A DNA stretch of 64,000 bases, taken from Schizochytrium sp. TIO01 (lineage: Eukaryota > Protista > Bigyra: Labyrinthulomycetes). The notes beneath the pieces are model-generated. The model was given only the letters and a program-made list of their open reading frames with translations. It was not told the DNA's origin and searched no databases. The stretch's first letter is position 1, and each line of letters opens with the position of its first letter. The position numbers and the translations under genes were made by a program. This document shows positions 55,901-64,000 of this stretch, piece by piece. The stretch lies in assembly GCA_004764695.1 (NCBI GenBank), contig SMSO01000031.1:100436-164435 (forward strand), read 5' to 3'.

Positions 55901-56218
55901 GAGGATCGCCGTGCTCGTGAGCAACAGGCAAAACGGCCGGCCTCAACTCCTGCACCAGCTGCTCAGCCCAAGGCCTGGTCTTGCAGCAAATGCACATTTG
56001 AAAATGGTTCTGACAAGGCTAAATGCGAAATGTGCGATACAGCACGACCGGGAGGTGCAGGGTCATCGTCGAATGCAGGTGGAGGCGGTTCTACTAGCAA
56101 CTTGGTGCGCGTAAAGTGTCCAAACTGTGGTACTGTACTTGGTGCTCCTTCTGGTGCTCAAATGTTTCAATGTATGCAGTGTCACACTACATCAGCGGTG
56201 AGTGCTCATCGATGTTAG
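49976..56218 (+). CDS. 2xWW - NZF - FYVE - ARM repeats - Pro-rich - MIU - NZF - LSD1-type Zn-finger protein, 2080 aa
   Basis: Two canonical WW domains (LPPGWE...FYINH...W..P), CSACTFEN..C.VC, FYVE RKHHCR...RVCDIC, a long ARM solenoid, SDEQYAMRLQAEE, WSCSKCTFEN...CEMC and CPNCGTVLGAPSGA..FQCMQC. Confidence 0.92.
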   Translation: MPGNDGLPPGWEMSIDEETGRTFYINHNTMQTSWTPPVEEPLPPGWEQQRDGEGRIFFINHNTQQTQWEDPRLSFEDAPSISYPSFDNDNAQSSGPGYDSGYYSQSMNSSYGAGGNVSSNGSGKVSCSACTFENSPSDTACSVCGTDLPKTNANSGGSSYESGARAGGSDEIDAATAAAIAAAQAEDEAYMSQTGSANEYIEVTDPRELEPFAVPDEYSMICTLCAKPFDWKNRKHHCRCSGGLYCQDCSSHKVRFAVRGEDVKERRVCDICFEHQNAGDRHCYLRYIGILRDAGGARRKDRFLAFKGVAQMVERLPNAMQPHASVEDQAMASRTLHQIERCGGAAAFCELVSPDNEREAQIESCRAVACMAEVAASSPSGSEASLSRSRLRNDLSEGSVAMSSIASMLRPDTPWEAHMHLAKAFYLLGDMSEIQLSVRKMNVIGPLCEDLLASEEQLQSWTVRAISRLIDNNADNVEAMLEANGMQALVLLLTSNDDLVKEHATAAICSGLQLEVTNPGRGGMLASRIRDAIVNLGGTSASVALLGSNNATVARSGLRLIMHLSNGQAEVVRAAGAVPLVVALLASRDSEIQASAAQLLRNIAQCSMAGSAEVLESGGLSMTIPLLGAPDSQTRSNAASLCEIFAADEQGSTNIIEAHAVPALVNLVRDSDNSVRGPAAGTLVQLLQCGSHEKQIVVNAGGVEALLGLENSSDPMVLRQLVGAVYSFVSDASLLESLSRRIAPPTMAMKLLGLLGGQHARSLDMHTIEMLLLVVAVLCGARDGDQLKTDAELAEATPTETQTRDLVASNGSQLILPLLSSSRDQPALVLAVFRLLLSVCSSMNGATAVAKAGGITAVVRALDDSLHVEASDADAGNLVTQLRQYGIALFGRLCSGGNASGGRSDTISTATADDVRYGVRAITRVLDQPNHAASDHERLAMQLSAVRALRSLSFHSGNWEAIASVALPQLIEMLLSNDSQSTLLADIASVISNLAKLEKHSDMVLDAGAVFALLGLLSEKEGEAVEAGLRTLIALAESSKRCRLAIVDQGAAPKLLHLAEQRESPIPELALKCLSTLAKEPANAPKITAETGATDSLLRLLKSPDSNVSEQAMEILLAVAKDSDTLWQQLVVNADIESAVALLKLGPPRVQGQACSTIAALCGDSPGYALCASPTILEVLPVIVQLLTPPEHFGADKSESPAKEAAAACALLSGSSVAREALVAAGVIPSLVALLLRERRLGRPRSATSEHTLRALFSLSSSAASEETSEQDSPNLSLWTGIQKLGKRRDAIDAVITILDAHIRDTTPTPSGCDRMDICEEAVVLLGRLPGALTPNEVTLIGRSARSINLVMGEVCPESLMKACLQTLGRLSKEPSLVQVLTAAGTIRTVSRLLEPLLSSEDTSQDIHVEASVTLQAAKLIASIVHDAHDRSVDDAIIGTKAIPALAALLTRTDELFPAHEHAEAALSAGLEAIASLARGGPAVQKAIMKSGDSVLPALAQVVDRFDHDGDESLPRATYAFVTLSRLATLGEHRHAIVSAKPSLTNIACRVFESTEDAKLVQAATQFVADLGPSVLDGQVVEALVCKVISNETFSNSRGPALQALGVYAMDPALGEQMLDLGILDTVIDLLQEDSPEGKPGVHVRSAATLLRLLCSLSAIRGVQPKQPHDLSKPAANGATTVNGQDEDCEKEGDMDDEATESELPSPSAPESNGDNEAAAMKNLERSVDACSAVILGEKNYPPSVVTEALLGLNMLVLTKEARERVAKLPKLLQMLKSIAISAASETFAAQTAANVVRFIGTGEVLEQERSRPRGPPPPLAAGAGPKSSPTSPPPPAPGSVSSSVSSPVLKPTNGYATKPPAQASTFASSASVASSSSSRPAPPPMMSSQSSLPRSSPLMAPRQPPSGPPPPISGSANSGTLLPTYSNTSMNSSFRRTPSSSQYTSGGGNGGRSLSSSSSTAMSDEQYAMRLQAEEDRRAREQQAKRPASTPAPAAQPKAWSCSKCTFENGSDKAKCEMCDTARPGGAGSSSNAGGGGSTSNLVRVKCPNCGTVLGAPSGAQMFQCMQCHTTSAVSAHRC

Positions 56219-56346
56219 TTTCTACAACATCTACAATTATAAACTTGCGAGCTTTATAAACAAAAGAACACGTTTTCTTAACCCAAGTCGTGCTCTTTAT
56301 TACTAGCTTTTGAAAAAGTCTAGAAAAAATAAAATGCAAAAAGTTA

Positions 56347-56374
56347 TTATCTTATCTTATCTTATCTTATCTTA
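56347..56374. repeat. (TTATC)n microsatellite
   Basis: Visible directly. Confidence 0.9.
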
Positions 56375-57102
56375 TATATATATAGATATATATCATCGTT
56401 CCTGTAACATTGAGAAAAGTAAACTCACAATCTCGGGAAGCGTTTTATCTTCCGAATGTATAAAGAATAAAATGTCATCTCAAGAAACCAACATTCCTCC
56501 CTCGCAGAGTATCGTGTTCCACAAGAAGGTAGTAAAGTCCTTGCAGAGGTTGATGACCAGCTCAAATTTGCAGGTGAGCGTGATGCAGCATGGCTTGAAG
56601 CCTTAGCTACTCTTCAATATTTTTTGAATAATATTTTTTGAACAAAGAACAAGATTCTGCCACGATGACTTGGGCAATCTGAAGATTTCCCAAAAGAAGA
56701 GCCTGCAACGAGTACGACTAGTCAGTCTTAAGTAAAGCAAGCGTAGGAACTTTAATCAGGCCAAGCGATAGAAAGGATCAATTTAGAGTAAAAGAGAAAT
56801 ATACTAATTTCATTGACAACAAAACGAAGAAACAGAGATTATATGTTGGAACTCCTTTTAAAGAGTTTCATAGGAAGTGGGTGTGATAAAAGCTTTTCTT
56901 TGAGCCGGTGTGTGTTGTTGTTGTTGTTGGTATTTTCATTGCATGCAAACGTCAAGACAACGACTCAAAACGATTCCAAAGAGAAATGCGGTAGCACTAG
57001 CAGTAGGCATAAAATCTATACAGGCAAGCAAACAACACATGACCAAACTAGAAGGTTGCGAACATGCTTGCGATGACACAGGTTGCACATCTCTCTCAAT
57101 TT

Positions 57103-59919
57103 TTAGGCAATCACACAGCAGCCTTCCGCCTGAGGAGCACCTCCGTTACCAATGGTGGGAAGGTTAAGCGCGCCTTGGCCAATTAGCTTGAGGTTTGCCT
57201 TGTAGGCGGCGCCGTCCACAGCATCGATTGGGTATGAAGAGGAGGTGGTGAGGGGGAGGTCGACACCGACATTTGACAGAACCTCAATCCAATTACGAAC
57301 CTCTGAGATATGAATGTTCTCCATGAGGTAGGTCACCTGGACATTCGGGTCTTCTGGTTTTTTGCCAGGGTACGTGGAAAGTGCAGCAATCCAACCGTCG
57401 TGCTCATTGTATGCAATACTCTCCACCTCTTCGTAGTTAACAAAGTGCTCAGTCTGACGACCCATGGGGTCGTACAGGTAAAGACCCTTGCTACCAACGA
57501 CAAGGAGCAGGGGCACACGCTGGGCCTTGGAGTTGAAGGCGACAACGCGGTCAGCGCCGATGAGACCGTCGTCGGGCGGGAGATACTCAGCTGCACGTTC
57601 CAAGAACTCACGACGAGCATCCTCGATACGCAACAGGTCACGGGCATCCTTGATGAAAACCTTGGTCTTACCCATCTCGTACTTCTTGACACCGCCCTGC
57701 GAGAGAATATAAGTTGTCGCCTTGCGGGTGTCAGGCTGCCAGTGGTCCGTGCCCTGAACGGCGCACTTGAATTTAGCAGCAAACTCATCATAGGTCATGC
57801 GGAAGGCGTATCCGGCACGACGCACAATCAAGTTCTCAGCAATGCCCAAGTAGCGGACCTGGGAAATCACCATGTCGCGTTCAAACATACCAGCGCGCTT
57901 CATTTCGTTGGGCTTGATACAACGAATGTAGTGCTGGTTGTTCTTCTTGAGGGTCTCCATAAGGGCGGCCACAGACTTTTTGTACTGCATGCAGGTCGTA
58001 GGCGGCCGCTTGTTCGTCGTGCGGCTGTCGTCCACAGCTGGGTGACCCTTGAACAACGACTTGGCAACCGGGTTGCGCGAGGTGTGGTAGACCACTTGCA
58101 CAAGATCAGGGAAGAGGGTATCCTTGTTGGAGTCAAGCATACCGTGGGTGTTATATTGGACGACACCAGCATAGTGATGAATCTCAAAGACGCCCGGCTC
58201 AGCACGAGCAGGGACGGAAAACTCGTTCGTGCGAATGTTAGACTGGAACTTCTGGTACAGTGTAGAGTCGTTCGCCTGCGGGAAGATGCTCTGCTCGTCA
58301 ATGAGGGAGAACATACCGCCACGACGGTCGATCAGCTCGACAATAGGGCTGTTATCGAAGAAGTTCACGGGGACCCATGAGATGTTTTCGCGCGCGTACT
58401 CAGCCTGCTCTCCCTTGAGGGTGAGCTCGATGAAGAGCGCATGGAGCTTCTCGTTGGTGTAGTTGATGCAAAGCTGCTCAAAGCCGTTCACACCAAGGAT
58501 CTCAAAACCATAAATATCCAAGACACCAATGCACGTGGAGAACTGATCTGTGTGGATGGTCTCGTTACAGCGAGTTACAATATAGTCAAAAAGACGACCG
58601 TAGAGGGATTTAGCTAGCGAGTCGCGAGCAAAGGCGGCCTTTTCGGCATTGAGGCCAGTCCGCACGCTCTCAGAGGCGGACTTTACGGTACGGTGCGTAA
58701 GCGCAGTCTGAAGATCCTGCTCGTTGACGCCGAGTAGAGATGCGGCTTGGGAAAGGGCCTGGTGATTGTCAACCTGAGAAGTGTCGCGTCCCTTAGGGCT
58801 GAAGGTGACGTTACCGAGGTGCAAGATACCACCGAGGATGGAGAAGATGGCGGCCTGCTCCTCGCCCTTCATGCCGATAAACTCCATCGCCTTGCTTGTG
58901 TCAGAAAAGTCACTGCCATCATCGATGCTACGCACAGAAGCTGAGGAGGGGTCTGAAAGGTAGTTGAAGTCGCCAGCGCTGGAGGATAAGCCAAGTTGAG
59001 AGCGAGCACGGCTGTCACTCAAAAGCTGGTAGAAAATATGAAAGTTGCGCTCACCCTCTTGCTGCAAAGTCACACGGGTCTTCTCCAGAAGATAAGTGGA
59101 GATGGAACCACCACTGGGGTCACCATACAGAAAGTTAATGGCGAAGTATTTACCGAAACGAGAAGAGTTATCATTTCGGCGAGTCTTGGCGTTACCAAAG
59201 GCCTCGAGAAGCTGTATTGTTTAGAATTCATATGAATTAAAGTAAGGACACGTATAAGTTAGTTCGATGATCATGCGTCTCTCCATTCTCCTTGGCATGG
59301 AGTGTTGTATTCTTAAGCCCCTTGCCCCCAACACTGCACCTGCCACCTCCACAGTTCCTATTTCCTTAGCCTGTGCTTGTTTGTAGCAGCGCCCCGTTTC
59401 CTGCAACTCGCCGATATAGTTTATTTGGCTTTTCTTTAATACAGAATTCAACTGTCCGTCTGTACATCTATTTTTATGTAGTCTTTAACGTACCGGGTTG
59501 GTCTGGAGTAGCTCCTCCTTAATGTGCTGTACCTGCTTGGATTTGCTGGCCATGGCCGCGACGTACTCCATGACGGTCTTGGATGCCTCCGTCTTACCGG
59601 CACCAGACTCACCAGTAATGATAACACACTCGTTGGAGGTGTTGAGCATCATCGAGCGGTAAGCCATTTCTGCGATTCCGTATACATGTGGAGAGCGCTC
59701 GTAAAGCTTCTTGGACACATAGGAGCGGATCTTGCTTTGGCCGTAGAGCCCATTGATCATGTGATACGGGTTCACCACCAGGAGCACCTCTCCGATATAG
59801 GTGTAAATTTCATCGGCACGGTGCCTTGCTGCGAGGGCCTCAACGATCTCATCCTCCGTCGACCCGTCGAGGAGAACGAGATCATTCACAACTCCACTCT
59901 TGGCGCCACGGTACGACAT
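57103..59919 (-). CDS. Class I-type myosin with a short TH1/PH-like tail and C-terminal CaaX. Exon 1 59919..59494, exon 2 59211..57103, 844 aa
   Basis: IYTYIG.VL.VVNPY, P-loop GESGAGKT, spliced TNP|[63 protein letters not shown]...RRAGYA (class I style), GKTKVFI. Ends GCCVIA-stop. Confidence 0.95.
59212..59493 (-). other. Spliceosomal GT-AG intron (282 nt, phase 0) in the myosin gene
   Basis: Donor CCG|GTACGT, branch-like ACTAAC near 59250, acceptor TACAG|CTT. Removing it restores the conserved [12 protein letters not shown]. Confidence 0.93.
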
Positions 59920-59947
59920 TCTGCTCTCTCCGTTGGTACCCCGTCAA

Positions 59948-59987
59948 CGTCCTGTTAATGCTCTGATCGTCCTGTCAATGCTCTGAT
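59948..59987. repeat. 20-bp tandem duplication (2 copies, 1 mismatch) just upstream of the myosin ATG
   Basis: cgtcctgttaatgctctgat / cgtcctgtcaatgctctgat. Confidence 0.9.
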
Positions 59988-60169
59988 CCCTGCCCCTGTA
60001 GCAGCCGCAGTAAACCCGGCACCAGGCGGGAGCACGCACGAGCAGTCAATTGACTCTTCCCTGCTTCGCAACCTGGGAGGACCTGCACAACCTGCCTTAC
60101 GCAGACTTAGCCAGCAAGCCAGCCAGCCAGCTCGCCCGTCGACCGACTGACCGACCGACTGTCAGGGTC

Positions 60170-60170
<1 letters not shown>

Positions 60171-60210
<40 letters not shown>
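60171..60210. repeat. (GCAA)10 microsatellite
   Basis: Visible directly. Confidence 0.95.
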
Positions 60211-60394
60211 TTAGTTAGTTAAGTTAGCTCTTTGCTGATGCCAGAAGTCGCCCATGTGCAAACCTCATCACCGCTCGACTTACACTTTATGCCAAAGTTA
60301 AACCCAACTCGACAGCTTCTTCTTCTAAACCTGCCTAGCAAACCACCACCGCCACCTGGAAGTCAGCCATTCAGCCCTAGAGTGTGTGTCAGTG

Positions 60395-60469
60395 GAGAGA
60401 GAGAGTGAGCGAGTGAGTGAGTGAGCGAGTGTGAGTGAGAGTGAGTGAGAGTGAATGAGTGAGCGAGTG
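60395..60469. repeat. (GAGT/GAGC)n degenerate microsatellite
   Basis: Visible directly; a similar tract lies at 62516..62600. Confidence 0.85.
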
Positions 60470-62515
60470 CGATCGACGGTCAGAGCACCTCAGAGTGGAC
60501 GGAAAACAAGCACGCACGCTCCTCATTTCGCCTATCTGACTCCTACGTGCACGTGTTTTGCAAGCGCTTGCTTCCTCATCAATCATTATAAACAACCAAG
60601 AATAAAAAAACGTTTTAGCGTGGAAAAGGGGCAAAAGCAGAAGAGAATATGATTATGCATGTACACGTTCAACTTGCAACACGCAGGCGAAGCGAAGGAC
60701 TGGGCTTTCTTTCACCTCAGGCAGACAGCCAACAAAGAAACAAAGAAACAAACGAAGAAAGCAAGAGACAGACGCAAGCCAGGAAAGAGGGCTCCCGCGA
60801 GTCAGAGGCAACTTCTGCCGACCTTTCATTGAGTAACAACTCGGGTGAAAACGCAAGTTGAAGCAATTGCCCGCCCATAAAAAAAACAATTAAAAATGCA
60901 ATAAATGGTCAAGCGCGTTCAGGTTTCATGAAATGATACCTTCAAGCTGCTCAATATTCCAAAGCGAGTGGGGAGAACTCGGCCGCAAGAGCTCAGGCCT
61001 TGGCAGGTGCTGAGGTCTGCACGAATGGCGAGAGCTGCAGCAGAAGAGACCTCGAGGAACTTGAAGAAGACTTACTTGGAGGTCCAAGTTGAGACGAAGC
61101 AGAAGTCGGAGAGGAAATAGGTTTTCCAACACTTTTCACTTTCTTTTTCTTTTCTTTTTTTCTTCTTTTGGGATGAAAATAGTATAAGTTGTTGAACGAG
61201 AGATTGAAGCAAACATCATCATCAATTCAAGTTTGCACAGAAAGGCTTTGTTCAAGAAACGGCTGGGCTTGGAGAGCTCAAGGTGCGTGGGAGGAAACTG
61301 CTGTGGTTGTTGGCTGCTGGTAGACAGCTAGCTATCAGAGGCCTGGGAAACGAATCGAATGAAGGTACCTGCGAAGCAGACCTTGTTTTTTTAACCCGAG
61401 ATAGATTGAACATCATCGTGAAAGTTTCCAAACTAATGGTAGTTTTTAAGAGAAAGGCGAAAGGGAATGTACCTACAATTCATCGCATTACTACCCACGC
61501 CAGATCCTTTCGACGGAGGCTTTCAAGCTTAAGTTGCTCTGGATCATACTGCAAAGCGGTTTGGCCTTCGTGGCAGCAGATAGCCATCCTCGTGAGACCT
61601 GCGTTTCCCCTTCATTCCTTAGAAGCAGTTTCCCTCCATTCTGCCCAAGAGAGAAACTTTCATCGATCAAGTTTCCTCATTCGTCAACCTGAGCTTGAAC
61701 TGGCAAAGAAGATAAACTAAAGTACTGTCTTATGCAAAGAAACAAACTCGAACAAACACTTTTGAGGCAGAAAATTATAATATACCTAATAAACAACTTG
61801 GACGTCGAGAAAAGCTCCTACGAAAGTGAACAAGACAGATTTAGACCTTGAAATGCGAGCTGCTTGCCGCAGTCTCAGGCAAGCGCTGCAAAGCCGTCGT
61901 CGGATCAAACAATGGGTGCTTGGCGGTGCACATTGTTCCAGTAGCTGCACCAAGGCCACGCAAAGATGCATCCGTCGCCACCGATGAGTTCGAGCTTATT
62001 ATTTATTGCCAGTGCTGCTTTAAAGATGGGCGAGATCGCCAAGCGCGTGCAGCTGGGCGTGCGCCACTGTCTCGCGCAGGATGAACGGTTAATGACAGAA
62101 CCAACGCAGGAACGGAGAGCCACCACGACCATCGATGCATACCCACCCATCCACCATATCTGGGCCGCACGCATCATCGCGCACGAAGGAGCTAGCTCAC
62201 ATTGACATGGAGTAGTTGGCTGCGCACGTGAATCAGGGCCAGAAGCACCGTTGTTGTGATGCCAATGGCGGTTCTCCGCTCTCGACGGACTCGACCCCGT
62301 ACCGCGAGCTCGATACAAACTTGGGCGACTGATGCGGTGCTCGGTTTCTTCGAAGGATCGATGCGAGCCCAAATTGGGTGCCAAGCCACAGCTCTGCAGC
62401 AAACTCGTCGAGGGGGGATGCAAATGCAAGGGAGATCAAATGACGACGGCGATTCAACGGAGATCCCATGAAGCAGAAAGCGCCAGATTGGGGCGTGCGT
62501 AGGTACCCACTGCCA

Positions 62516-62600
62516 CGAGCGAGTGAGTGACTCAGAGTGAGCGAGCGAGCGAGCGAGTGAGTGACGTAGAGTGAGTAAATGAGAGAATGAGCGCGTGAGC
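62516..62600. repeat. (GAGT/GAGC)n degenerate microsatellite
   Basis: Visible directly. Confidence 0.85.
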
Positions 62601-64000
62601 GCACTCTGTTCTAGGAGGGAAATGGTCTTGAACTTGGAGGCTGGCAAAATCGCGAGCCTGATTCGCACACGTCATGTTCGCTACCAGAAGCCCCTGGGTC
62701 TCGCGTCTAGCAGTATCAGCATGAGCTGCTTCTTGTCAAGCTTAAGACTTGAAGGTAAACCAAACACCTTCAGCAGGCCCGAAATCTTCGACAAGCTCAA
62801 AGTTCAAGCTGAGAAAAAGAAAACTGCACAAGATGTCGATTCTGACCTTTTTGATTGGGAACGACTCAAGAGGAACAAAAGACGCCTTTCTTGCCCAATA
62901 AGAGCTTTTCTAACTCGCGCACAGCAAGCAGTTTACGCAACTTGCTCAAACTGGGGGGCAATCTTTAAAGATATTCGAGAGCTCTAAGCGATGCAACAGG
63001 CTAAATTGTAACCAATTTAATTCTTTTGACGATTTGATAGCCTTGTGCTCAGCGCAGCCGGCAAACTGTGTGTAAATACCTAACTCGTAATATACCCACT
63101 CCAGGCACGTGCGAGCCGGGACATTAGCAAAGAAATATAATCTAGGGGGAGTACTTGGGGAAGGGACAAGTAAAAACTCAAAAAGTCGAAAATAGGCCTC
63201 TTCCACAGAATAGACCGCCTTGAGGAGGCGCGTGCACACTTTATAGGAATCCATTTATCCTCCAAGTTTTATGAATCCAAAACGAGCTTTAAAGCCTGAT
63301 GTTGGAAACTATCTGCATAAGGACAACTATATCAAGACCTGTGACGAGACGTGGCCTGTTATGCGCGTCGCTCGGAAGGCAGGAACCTCGGTTCTCCTTA
63401 TAATGTTTTGCATATCACAGTAGGAATGATGCGTGGTACTTATTGGAGAACTGGATGGGATGGTGCAAACCTGGCGGACTATTATGGCGGCAAACATTCA
63501 AGTCTGAGTCGGTTCCTGGAAATCTCTTCTTTTGCAGTCTAAGGATCAAACCGTTGCTGAAGAATGGAATTAAACGAATAACTGTGGAGGTGCCTGGGAC
63601 TTGTAATGGTGTTTGGGAGCAAAGGCGGCGAATGGAAAGCCGCCCAGAAATCGAATTGAGCGTTCAAGCTGTCTACCCTTCACAGTGGTCACGAATAATC
63701 AAGTATAAAATGTCCTCTAGGAACCAATTAGTTAATGCAGCGAAAAACTTCAAATTATAAACTCAAGAAGATCAAACTTTTGAATTAAAAAAAAAATACA
63801 GTTCATAAGTGAAGGATAAAGATACCAATATAACGATCAGAACAACTTCAACATCTTGAGTGAGCACCTACGTAGCATGATCTTCTCTTCAACAATCAAG
63901 AGTGCTGGTAACTGTTGTATAGCATAGTTTGACCAATTTGAGGTTTGAACACTCGAGAAGAGCTGGAGCATAGCACTCAATTGACTTTGAGTGTGAAGCA

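Noticed and set aside
57310-58380. 356-aa plus-strand ORF
   Set aside because: Antisense shadow of the codon-biased myosin exon; no independent motifs.
57103-59919. Two separate myosin ORFs (144 aa and 656 aa) suggesting a split gene or pseudogene
   Set aside because: A canonical 282-nt GT-AG intron joins them in frame.
1-64000. CRISPR arrays, rRNA, transposases, prokaryotic operons
   Set aside because: None seen. Repeats are simple microsatellites and the gene content is eukaryotic.

Overview
This is eukaryotic, gene-dense and almost intron-free DNA with microsatellite-rich spacers. The best guess is a labyrinthulomycete/thraustochytrid-type stramenopile; this is inferred from gene style and content, not proven. 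I can support 15 protein-coding genes: three tandem, divergent Cys-rich single-pass surface proteins; a 4-TM TMEM272-like protein; DNAAF9/Shulin; a GxGYxYP-family putative glycoside hydrolase; a membrane-bound calcineurin-like metallophosphoesterase; an L-galactose-dehydrogenase-like aldo-keto reductase; a PAP2/G6Pase-like phosphatase; an AT-hook ASH2L/TRAUCO-like SPRY protein; a His-rich TPR protein; a degenerate Sec7 + 2xPH protein; a 2548-aa Tudor/EF-hand/NPHP1-like protein; a 2080-aa WW-NZF-FYVE-ARM protein; and a two-exon class I-type myosin. The most striking items are four. (1) The myosin has no evident IQ neck and ends in a CaaX box (CCVIA). (2) The FYVE protein combines PI3P-, ubiquitin- and PSAP-type motifs, like a non-opisthokont ESCRT-0 analogue. 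(3) NPHP1 is fused to Tudor and EF-hand modules. (4) The three surface proteins form an unnamed 8-Cys family. I found no rRNA, tRNA, CRISPR array or recognisable transposase. All family calls come from recalled motifs, not database searches. Several ORF-track starts at TTG/GTG were moved to the plausible ATG.
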